This document shows, piece after piece, positions 1 to 7,138 of a stretch of 56,929 bases of DNA; within the stretch, counting starts at the first letter, position 1, and the number at the start of each line of letters is the position of its first letter. The position numbers and the translations under genes are program-made. Below the pieces are notes generated by a model that did no database searches, was not told the origin of the DNA, and saw only the letters and a list, made by a program, of their open reading frames with translations. Origin of the DNA: an uncultured Candidatus Saccharibacteria bacterium (GTDB lineage Bacteria; Patescibacteriota; Minisyncoccia; Phycocordibacterales; UBA12079); assembly GCA_964459145.1 (NCBI GenBank), contig CAYWKC010000002.1, forward strand, positions 1 through 56,929, given 5' to 3'.

Positions 1-67
1 CTGTTAGTGCGTTAAATAATGTAGACTTCCCCACATTAGGCAAACCAACAATTCCAAGCGAAAGCAT
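1..67 (-). CDS. ychF: Ribosome-binding ATPase YchF (Obg-like GTPase), first 22 codons only; gene continues beyond window start
   Basis: Reverse complement of 1-67 starts with ATG (65-67) and reads MLSLGIVGLPNVGKSTLFNALT, the P-loop/G1 N-terminus typical of YchF. Truncated by the window edge, so absent from the ORF track. Confidence 0.75.
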   Translation of the reverse strand, partial: MLSLGIVGLPNVGKSTLFNALT

Positions 68-140
68 TTTTAGTTAAAATTTAAGAATAATAAATCCATT
101 ATTACACATTTTTAAACGAATTCCCAGAAAGTTCATAAAT

Positions 141-173
141 AAAAAACCAACGTTACTTCAACGTCAGTTTTTT
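141..173 (-). terminator. Rho-independent terminator candidate downstream of the KH-protein gene
   Basis: A6-CCAACGTT-ACTTC-AACGTCAG-T6. On the minus-strand RNA this gives an 8-bp stem (2 G.U pairs) followed by U6, 20 nt after the stop at 193. Confidence 0.45.
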
Positions 174-192
174 ATTGTTTAAAGATTAAAAA

Positions 193-540
193 TTACAATG
201 ATTTTAGATCTTCCATGGCATCGTCGACACTATTAGCATTATTATCTCCAGAATTTTCTGAAAACATTTTTGGCATAGGTCTGTTATTTCCTTCGGGTTC
301 GTTAATTTTTAAATTAACGCGAGAATTATTTTTCATTCCAACAACCCTGAGAAGCGTTCTGATGGCCTTAGCGGTGTTTCCACTTTTACCAATAATTTTA
401 CCCATATCAGCTGGATCAACATCAAGGGTAATCAACACCCCCATTTCATCTACTTTTCTATCAACTTTAACAGCCTTTGGATTATCAACCAATCCTTTGA
501 CAACATATTCTAAAAACTCTACATCTTTAATTTCTGACAT
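193..540 (-). CDS. KH-domain RNA-binding protein (YlqC/UPF0109-like) with an extra acidic C-terminal tail
   Basis: MSEIKDVEFLEYVVKGLVDNPKAV... with the GKIIGKSGNTAKAIRTLL GxxG loop. Start moved to ATG 538-540 (M29 of the tracked ORF 193-624). Confidence 0.75.
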   Translation of the reverse strand: MSEIKDVEFLEYVVKGLVDNPKAVKVDRKVDEMGVLITLDVDPADMGKIIGKSGNTAKAIRTLLRVVGMKNNSRVNLKINEPEGNNRPMPKMFSENSGDNNANSVDDAMEDLKSL

Positions 541-706
541 AATATTTATTAACAACAATTCATAATCAACTTTGAACTTTATTTTTAACTCAAAGCAATT
601 TAGTAAAAGGCAGTTGTCGACCACTGCTGAGATAATTTTAACAACTTTAACAAAAAAATCAATACCCGCACCTTTTTAAAAAACATCGCTTTTTCTAAAA
701 AAATAT

Positions 707-714
707 TGTATAAT
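707..714 (+). promoter_or_regulatory. Extended -10 (TGTATAAT) only 8 nt upstream of ATG 723
   Basis: TGnTATAAT match read directly. No Shine-Dalgarno sequence between it and the start codon. Confidence 0.35.
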
Positions 715-722
715 TTGTAAAA

Positions 723-2078
723 ATGTTGATTCTAAACAAGAAAGAACCCATATTTTTGTTTGTCGGGGATATTTTATTTTTTACTATTTCTCTTTGGTTA
801 ACCATCTTTATTCGTTATGCAAAAGTTCCCGAACAAGCCTTCTTTTTGGAACATCTCTTTCCTTTTTCTATTCTCTTCTTTTTTTGGATAATTTCCTTTT
901 TTATTGCTGGACTTTATGAAAGACAAGCTTTGGTCCAACAAAGATATTTATTTTCAACTATCATTCATACTCAAATTATTAATAGTATTGTGGCTATTAT
1001 CTTTTTCTATTTTACTTCTTTTTTTGGCCTCGCCCCTAAAACAATTCTCTTTATTTATTTAATTATTTCTCTAATCCTTATTCTTCTTTGGAGAACCTAT
1101 ATTGTCCCTTTGTTAGGAGTAAAAAATAAATTCAACGCGATGTTGATTGGGAGAGGAGAAGAAGTGATTAAAATAAAAAAAGAAGTTAATAACAATCCTT
1201 GGTATAATCTTCAATTTGTGCTTACTATTAATTTAGATAAAACATCTAAAATAGATTTTCAAAAAGAAATTCTCAATCCTGTCTACGAACACAACATTTC
1301 AACAATTGTGATGGATTTAAAAGACCCTGAACTTCAAAAAATTGTTCCTTATTTTTATAATCTTATTTTTTCCAAAATCAAATTTTTAGATATCCATAAG
1401 GTTTACGAAGATATTTTTGATAGAATTCCAATTTCTCTTATCAAATATCATTGGTTTTTAGAAAATATCAATTCTTCCAAAAGACATCTCTATTCTTTTT
1501 CCAAGCGATTGATGGATATTTTCGTTGCCTTACCTTTGGTCATAATTTTTATAATTATTTGCCCCTTCGTTTATTTAATGATGAAAATAGAAAAAGATAA
1601 AGGTCCTTTATTTTATTTTCCAGAAAGAATAGGAAAAAACAACAGTGTTATCAAATTGGTCAAATTTAGAACAATGACCCAAACATCAGCCGACGCTAGC
1701 GATTGGGGCAAGAATGAAAATAAAGTGACTAAAGTGGGGAAATTCTTAAGAAGATGGCGAATTGACGAATTGCCTCAGGCCTTGAATGTTTTAAAAGGGG
1801 ATGTTTCCCTTATCGGACCAAGACCTGAATTTCTTTCTGCAGTTCAGCAATATGAAGAAAAAATCCCTCATTATGGTATTCGCCATTTAATAAAACCCGG
1901 TTTATCTGGCTGGGCTCAAATTTATCATAAGGAAGTTCCTCGTCACTCCATTGACATAAAACAAACAGAAGTTAAACTTTCTTATGATTTATTCTATATA
2001 AAAAACCAATCATTTCTTATTGACCTAAAAATTGCTCTTAAGACAATTAAAACTCTTCTTTCTCATAGCGGTTCCTAA
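723..2078 (+). CDS. Polyprenyl-phosphate glycosyl-1-phosphate transferase (bacterial sugar transferase, WbaP/EpsL-like initiating enzyme)
   Basis: N-terminal multi-TM region. C-terminal block has KFRTM, RIDELPQ, GDVSLIGPRP and KPGLSGWAQI, the motifs of the bacterial sugar transferase family. Confidence 0.9.
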   Translation: MLILNKKEPIFLFVGDILFFTISLWLTIFIRYAKVPEQAFFLEHLFPFSILFFFWIISFFIAGLYERQALVQQRYLFSTIIHTQIINSIVAIIFFYFTSFFGLAPKTILFIYLIISLILILLWRTYIVPLLGVKNKFNAMLIGRGEEVIKIKKEVNNNPWYNLQFVLTINLDKTSKIDFQKEILNPVYEHNISTIVMDLKDPELQKIVPYFYNLIFSKIKFLDIHKVYEDIFDRIPISLIKYHWFLENINSSKRHLYSFSKRLMDIFVALPLVIIFIIICPFVYLMMKIEKDKGPLFYFPERIGKNNSVIKLVKFRTMTQTSADASDWGKNENKVTKVGKFLRRWRIDELPQALNVLKGDVSLIGPRPEFLSAVQQYEEKIPHYGIRHLIKPGLSGWAQIYHKEVPRHSIDIKQTEVKLSYDLFYIKNQSFLIDLKIALKTIKTLLSHSGS

Positions 2079-2138
2079 TTATCATTTCGGATAATAATCA
2101 GATAATTACTCTAAAATTAAATAATCAAAAATTAAATG

Positions 2139-2147
2139 TGTTATAAT
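2139..2147 (+). promoter_or_regulatory. Extended -10 (TGTTATAAT) upstream of the GIY-YIG gene
   Basis: TGnTATAAT 36 nt upstream of ATG 2183. AGAGAG purine run just before the start. Confidence 0.3.
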
Positions 2148-2182
2148 AAACCCTACTAAATAACTTTAAATTTTAGAGAGAT

Positions 2183-2437
2183 ATGTTTTACGTATATGTG
2201 TTACAGTCACGACAAGACAAGAAATTTTATACAGGTTATACAAAAAATTTAAAGTTAAGATTTGACGGTCATAATAAAGGAAAAGTTTGTTCAACAAAAA
2301 AGAGATTACCATTAAAACTAATTTATTATGAAGCTTGTTTAAATCAACAAGACGCCACACATAGAGAAAAATATTTAAAAACCCATCATGGAAAAACATT
2401 TATTAGGAGAAGAGTCAAATCATATTTAACAGGGTAA
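2183..2437 (+). CDS. GIY-YIG nuclease-domain protein (stand-alone, 84 aa)
   Basis: FYVYVLQS...KFYTGYTKNLKLRFDGHN matches the GIY...YIG...R...H/N motif spacing. Confidence 0.85.
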   Translation: MFYVYVLQSRQDKKFYTGYTKNLKLRFDGHNKGKVCSTKKRLPLKLIYYEACLNQQDATHREKYLKTHHGKTFIRRRVKSYLTG

Positions 2438-2442
2438 ATTGT

Positions 2443-2976
2443 ATGCACCAAAGTATTTTTTATTTTTTTAACAATTTAGCTTTTCAAAATAAGTTTATAG
2501 ATGTTCTCGTTATCTTCATTGCCGATTGGTTAATCTGGTGGCTTGTTTTAGCAGTAGTTTTCTTATTTATTCTCAAAAAAATAAATTTAAAAAATCTTTT
2601 GCAAATTTTTGCCATTGCTTTTATTGCTTGGTTCATGGCCGAACTAATTAAGTTTTTTTGTTTTAGTCCCCGTCCCTTTTTAGTGTTAGCAAATGTAAAA
2701 CCTCTCTTTACTCACGGGCTAAATGATTCTTTCCCCTCAGGACATACCACCCTAGCTTTTGCTTTGGCTACCGCTGTTACTCTTTTCACTAATTATAAAA
2801 TCGGATTTTTATTTTTTATTAGTGCTCTATTAGTTGGCTTATCCCGCATTGTTGTCGGAATTCACTGGCCTCTTGATATTTTAGTTGGAGCATTTCTTGG
2901 AATAACAATTGTTTTAATTTTTTATTTATTTAAAATAAAAGTAATACAAAAGGAGCAAGCCAAGCTACAAAAATGA
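2443..2976 (+). CDS. PAP2-family phosphatase (undecaprenyl-diphosphatase-like), membrane protein
   Basis: SFPSGHT and SRIVVGIHWPLD acid-phosphatase motifs, with about 5 TM helices. Confidence 0.85.
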   Translation: MHQSIFYFFNNLAFQNKFIDVLVIFIADWLIWWLVLAVVFLFILKKINLKNLLQIFAIAFIAWFMAELIKFFCFSPRPFLVLANVKPLFTHGLNDSFPSGHTTLAFALATAVTLFTNYKIGFLFFISALLVGLSRIVVGIHWPLDILVGAFLGITIVLIFYLFKIKVIQKEQAKLQK

Positions 2977-3001
2977 CTTACTCCTATTCTTAGGGATAAT
3001 C

Positions 3002-3280
3002 TTATATAACCCAACAATCTTTTGCCCCCCTTTCAAAAATTTCAGGGGAAATTTCTTCAAGACTTCCTCCTTGTATTTGGATGACTTTTCGAAACTTTCC
3101 CTCGTTTCTTATTATTTTTGATACCAGATTCCCAGTTGTCCCGATTGTGATTTTTGCGATATTTCCCATCCCCTCTATAATTTCGGAGATGATCAAACTA
3201 GCTTTACCACAAACAATCGAGTCACCCCCAATAATTAAAACCTTTATCAATTCTTGTCCCATCTTATCCCCCCTCTTCAA
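3002..3280 (-). CDS. Hypothetical small protein (86-92 aa)
   Basis: Only ORF that fills the gap between the PAP2 and rel genes. The antisense ORF 3081-3299 is low-complexity. No recognisable motif. Confidence 0.4.
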   Translation of the reverse strand: MKRGDKMGQELIKVLIIGGDSIVCGKASLIISEIIEGMGNIAKITIGTTGNLVSKIIRNEGKFRKVIQIQGGSLEEISPEIFERGAKDCWVI

Positions 3281-3407
3281 AAAATTAAAAAGAACTTAAT
3301 AAAAGTATCTGTATACATTATCCCCTTATCTTTTTACTTAACAATCTGTCACAGGGGACAACTTACTCTGTTGTTTTTTTAAAGCCAAAAAGTTATCCTA
3401 TATATCA

Positions 3408-4925
3408 ATGAAAAATACCAAAGAACTCATTTCTCTGATAAAATCACCCAGCAAGGAAGAAATAAAGATGATAACAAGAGCTTTTGATTACTCCCAAAAA
3501 GCTCATGCCAGACAATTACGTTATTCTGGTGAACCCTATTTCAACCACTCTTACGAAACTGCCAGAAACTTAGCTCTTCTTGGAATGAGCGCTATTGTAG
3601 TTGCCGCAGGTCTCTTACATGATGTTATCGAAGATGCCAGCGCCAACGAAGAAGAAATCAGAAAAGAATTTGGAGAAGAAATCCTTTTCCTTATAAACGG
3701 AGTAACTAAGTTGGGGAAAATTCGTTTTAAGGGACTTAAACGACATGCCGAAAGTTTGAGAAAATTATTTATAGCTTCCTCACAAGATATCAGGGTTATC
3801 ATAATTAAATTGGCAGATCGTATTCATAATATGGAAACTCTGCAATATGTTCCTAAAGAAAAACAGCTGAGGATTGCAACAGAAACATTGGAAATATTTG
3901 CCCCATTGGCTTATCGCTTAGGCATGGGTTTGTTAAATCGTCGATTAGAAGATTTATCTTTTCCTTACGTCTACCCCAAGGAATATGAAACCATCAAATC
4001 TATTATTAAAGAAAGAAATAGTGAAGACGTTAATTCATTAAAAAAAGTAAGCCGAACTATTATAAAAAAATTAGCTAAAGAAGGAATTACCAATATTGAA
4101 ACAAGCTATCGGAAAAAAGGACTCTATAGTTTATACAGAAAATTAGAAAGAAAAAATTGGGATGTTAATAAAATTTACGATATTTTGGCCTTAAGAATTA
4201 TTGTTCCAACCGTCAATGATTGCTATAAAGCACTTGGTATTATCCATAGTTTTAGGAGACCCATGCCTGGACGAATAAAAGATTATATTGCTTTTCCCAA
4301 GCCAAATGGTTATCAGAGCTTACATACCACCATCTTTACACGATTCGGAAATGTTATAGAAATTCAATTAAGAACAGCCGAAATGCACGAAAAAGCTGAA
4401 TATGGAATTGCTTCTCATCTGCTCTATAAATCACACAAAGTAAATAAAAAAACTGACCACTCTTATAATATGTGGATAAAAAAACTTCTCCCCAATATTC
4501 ACAAGTTAGAGAAAAAAGAAATCACTACTCCCGATGTTCCTACTTGGATTAAGAAAATAGTGGATAATCAAAATAGTGTTCATGCTAAAGAATTTGTAGA
4601 TGAATTAAAAAAAGATTTTTTTGAACATAGAATTTTTATTTTTACTCCTAAGGGAGATGTTATTGACTTGCCCATAGATTCTAACCCAATTGATTTTGCT
4701 TTTGCCATTCACTCTGATATTGGCAATCATATGTCTGGAGCCAAAGTTCAAGGTAAATTAGTCTCTCTTGATACCAAGTTAAAAAATGGGGATATTGTAG
4801 AAATAATTACCACAAAAAAAATAACCCCAACGGGTAAATGGTTAAATATTGCCAAAACAGCCGATGCAAAAAGACATATTAAATCTTGTCTGAGAAAACA
4901 AGAAGAGGAAGACAAACCCCATTAA
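3408..4925 (+). CDS. rel: RelA/SpoT-homologue (p)ppGpp synthetase/hydrolase, short form (HD + synthetase + TGS only)
   Basis: HD hydrolase motif (LLHDVIEDA, ADRIHNM), synthetase block (RIKDYIAFPKPNGYQSLHTTI, EIQLRT) and TGS (IFIFTPKGDVIDLP...GDIVEIIT). The protein ends about 35 aa after the TGS domain. Confidence 0.9.
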   Translation: MKNTKELISLIKSPSKEEIKMITRAFDYSQKAHARQLRYSGEPYFNHSYETARNLALLGMSAIVVAAGLLHDVIEDASANEEEIRKEFGEEILFLINGVTKLGKIRFKGLKRHAESLRKLFIASSQDIRVIIIKLADRIHNMETLQYVPKEKQLRIATETLEIFAPLAYRLGMGLLNRRLEDLSFPYVYPKEYETIKSIIKERNSEDVNSLKKVSRTIIKKLAKEGITNIETSYRKKGLYSLYRKLERKNWDVNKIYDILALRIIVPTVNDCYKALGIIHSFRRPMPGRIKDYIAFPKPNGYQSLHTTIFTRFGNVIEIQLRTAEMHEKAEYGIASHLLYKSHKVNKKTDHSYNMWIKKLLPNIHKLEKKEITTPDVPTWIKKIVDNQNSVHAKEFVDELKKDFFEHRIFIFTPKGDVIDLPIDSNPIDFAFAIHSDIGNHMSGAKVQGKLVSLDTKLKNGDIVEIITTKKITPTGKWLNIAKTADAKRHIKSCLRKQEEEDKPH

Positions 4926-5524
4926 AAACTTACTCCTACTTTTTTATAATTTCTGTAATTAATCTCTTTTTCTTTCTTAATTAATTCTAAAACTTTTTCA
5001 ACCAATTTCTTAGGGTCAGGGTCAAAGACAATTTTATCGTTTGGCCGATGAGCTTTTTCAATAATTAATTGGATAATTTCATCTGTAGCCCAGTCGCCTT
5101 CCAAAATACCCATAGGCTTTTCATCTTCAAAAGCAATCGTAAATTCATGAATTGTACCAACCCTTCCCGCTGAAATAAATACTGCGTCAACTGACTTAGT
5201 TAAAATTAGGTCTCTTCCTGGATAACCAAAACCTGTATAAATAATAAAATCCATATACTCTGTAGGTAATTTATAAGAATTAATATGCTCACTCTCAGTT
5301 CCTGCAGGAGAAAAACCAATGGAAGTACCTCCTTCACTTTTCGCTCCCTTAGCTGCCCAAAGAGGCAACCCCGAAGTGGCTCCTGTTACTAAAATTCCTC
5401 CTTGTCTAATTATTTCTTTTCCCAACTCTTCTGTTTTAATAATGGCATCTTTAGTTAAGTGCGTCGTATCAGCTGCGCCAGAAACACATAACTTTGGTTT
5501 TAAAAAACTACCTTTTTCATCCAT
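4922..5524 (-). CDS. LOG/TIGR00725-like Rossmann-fold protein (SLOG superfamily)
   Basis: ILVTGATSGLPLWAAKGA and SAGRVGTIHEF (compare the LOG motif GGxGTxxE). The stop overlaps the rel stop by 4 nt (convergent). Confidence 0.6.
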   Translation of the reverse strand: MDEKGSFLKPKLCVSGAADTTHLTKDAIIKTEELGKEIIRQGGILVTGATSGLPLWAAKGAKSEGGTSIGFSPAGTESEHINSYKLPTEYMDFIIYTGFGYPGRDLILTKSVDAVFISAGRVGTIHEFTIAFEDEKPMGILEGDWATDEIIQLIIEKAHRPNDKIVFDPDPKKLVEKVLELIKKEKEINYRNYKKVGVSF

Positions 5525-5538
5525 AATATAAATTAGTT

Positions 5539-5664
5539 AAAAGTCTATAAAGCCCTTATAAACCCTGATAATAATTTTGAAATTTCAATTGATAACTCAT
5601 AGTTTTTTTTAAATTGTTCAGTTTTTATCCTTTTGACTTTATGGACTTTATGAACTTTTGACTG
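5539..5664. repeat. Intergenic inverted pair of the dispersed AAAGTC-type motif
   Basis: AAAAGTCTATAAAG at 5539-5552. CCTTTTGACTTTATGGACTTTATGAACTTTTGACTG at 5629-5664. Arms AAAGTCTATAAAG and CTTTATGGACTTT are complementary at 12 of 13 positions. Confidence 0.6.
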
Positions 5665-6103
5665 TATCTATTATTTTATCAGTTTCCTCTTTTTTCGCAA
5701 TAAAAAATTTACCTAACTTTAATTTGGATAACAAAAAATAAGCCAATACCCAACCAAACATATCCATCAATAAATCCAAATATGTGTCTAAAACATAATT
5801 ATCTTGTCGCACAGACACTTTGGTTATATATTCAAAAATCTCCCACAAAATACCAATAATCAAGACAAAAGAGAAGGTGAGAATGAAAACAGAATATTTT
5901 TTAAAAACTTTTGGTAAGTAGTCGGACAAGAAAAAAAGATAATACATTAAACCAGCAATCCATAAACCACCCAAAAAATGCATAATTATATCAAACCACC
6001 AAAACCGCCAATAAAGGTAAAAATAATTAGCAATTATATCCGAAATAAAAATAACATAAATAAAAAAAACAAGAACCAATGAGAATTTTTTCTTAGACAT
6101 CAT
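5648..6103 (-). CDS. Hypothetical integral membrane protein (about 4 TM)
   Basis: Hydrophobic segments throughout (FSLVLVFFIYVIFI, GGLWIAGLMYYLFFL, SVFILTFSFVLIIGILW, FGWVLAYFLL). The last 4 codons lie inside the repeat motif. Confidence 0.6.
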   Translation of the reverse strand: MMSKKKFSLVLVFFIYVIFISDIIANYFYLYWRFWWFDIIMHFLGGLWIAGLMYYLFFLSDYLPKVFKKYSVFILTFSFVLIIGILWEIFEYITKVSVRQDNYVLDTYLDLLMDMFGWVLAYFLLSKLKLGKFFIAKKEETDKIIDTVKSS

Positions 6104-6148
6104 TGCATTATATCTTACAAATTAGAAAAAATAAATTATTTTAAAGAA

Positions 6149-6167
6149 ATGGCTATCGCATAGCCAT
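6149..6167. promoter_or_regulatory. Perfect 19-bp palindrome ATGGCTAT-CGC-ATAGCCAT in a divergent promoter region
   Basis: Read directly. Lies between the divergent starts at 6103 (-) and 6230 (+). Confidence 0.35.
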
Positions 6168-6229
6168 AAATTTAAAAAAGTGGCGAAAAAGTAAAAGATT
6201 AGATAGAATAAATAGCATAAAATAAATTT

Positions 6230-7057
6230 ATGGATAGCCAAAAGCTTACAGTGATTAAACCCAAGAAAACAATTAGTTGGGACGACCTTAAAGAAATTTG
6301 GAAATTTAAAGAATTGCTTTATTTTTTCACTTGGCGAGATATCAAAGTTAGATACAAACAAACTGTTGTTGGTATTTTATGGGCACTCTTTCAACCATTT
6401 ATGACCATGGTAGTTTTCACTGTTTTCTTTGGTGGTTTTGCCAAGATGCCCTCTGATGGCATCCCCTACCCCATTTTTGTCTACACGGGCTTATTGTTGT
6501 GGCAATTTTTTTCCGGTGCCTTATCCGATACGAGTAGTTGTTTAATCAACAATAAAGGAATTATTACTAAAGTATATTTTCCCCGTTTACTTTTGCCAAT
6601 CTCTTCCGCCATTACAAAATTCGTTGATTTTTTTATCGCTTCCATTATTCTTGTCGCTATGATGATTTATTATCAATATTTACCAAACATAGAGGGTCTT
6701 TTCATCCTACCTCTTTTGTTACTGATTACTTTCATGGCATCTGTCGGGGGAGGTTTGTTCTTAGCATCTATCAATGTTAAATATCGTGACGTTCGTTATG
6801 CTTTACCTTTCTTCATTTCTATGATGATGTTTGTAACACCCGTCATCTACCCAGCCAGTATTGCTGGTAAATATTCTTGGTTGTTAGCCCTTAATCCTAT
6901 GACTGGGGTTATTAAAGCTGCCAGAGCCGCCATTTTGGGTAATGCTCCTATCAACTGGACTCTCTTGCTTATCTCTGGAGTTACTTGTCTTATTATTTTA
7001 ATAATCGGTTTTGTTTTCTTCAAAAAAACCGAGAGGTATTTTGCTGATATAGTATAG
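6230..7057 (+). CDS. ABC-2 type polysaccharide/teichoic-acid export permease (Wzm/TagG-like)
   Basis: ELLYFFTWRDIKVRYKQTVVGILWALFQP is the signature N-terminal block of ABC-2 glycan exporters. Six TM segments. Confidence 0.9.
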   Translation: MDSQKLTVIKPKKTISWDDLKEIWKFKELLYFFTWRDIKVRYKQTVVGILWALFQPFMTMVVFTVFFGGFAKMPSDGIPYPIFVYTGLLLWQFFSGALSDTSSCLINNKGIITKVYFPRLLLPISSAITKFVDFFIASIILVAMMIYYQYLPNIEGLFILPLLLLITFMASVGGGLFLASINVKYRDVRYALPFFISMMMFVTPVIYPASIAGKYSWLLALNPMTGVIKAARAAILGNAPINWTLLLISGVTCLIILIIGFVFFKKTERYFADIV

Positions 7058-7072
7058 ATGAGTTGAAAGTCG

Positions 7073-7135
7073 TAAAGTCAAAAGTCTATAAAGTAAGAAA
7101 AATTTGCAGGGCAAACTTTTCTCCTTTTGACTTTA
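7073..7135. terminator. Nested palindrome / bidirectional terminator between the convergent wzm-like and RND genes
   Basis: Outer perfect 12-bp arms TAAAGTCAAAAG (7073-7084) and CTTTTGACTTTA (7124-7135). Inner hairpin GAAAAATTTGC-AGG-GCAAACTTTTC (7097-7121, 10 of 11 bp). Confidence 0.55.
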
Positions 7136-7138
7136 TAA

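Noticed and set aside
215-565. 116-aa plus-strand ORF in the track
   Set aside because: Antisense shadow of the KH-domain gene. Its translation is low complexity with no motif, while the minus-strand frame has a clear KH signature.
3358-3380. Hairpin ACAAC-TTACTCT-GTTGT + T7 upstream of rel as a terminator or attenuator
   Set aside because: The stem is only 5 bp and no plus-strand gene lies upstream to terminate. It is too weak to call; it could be a leader element, but that is unsupported.
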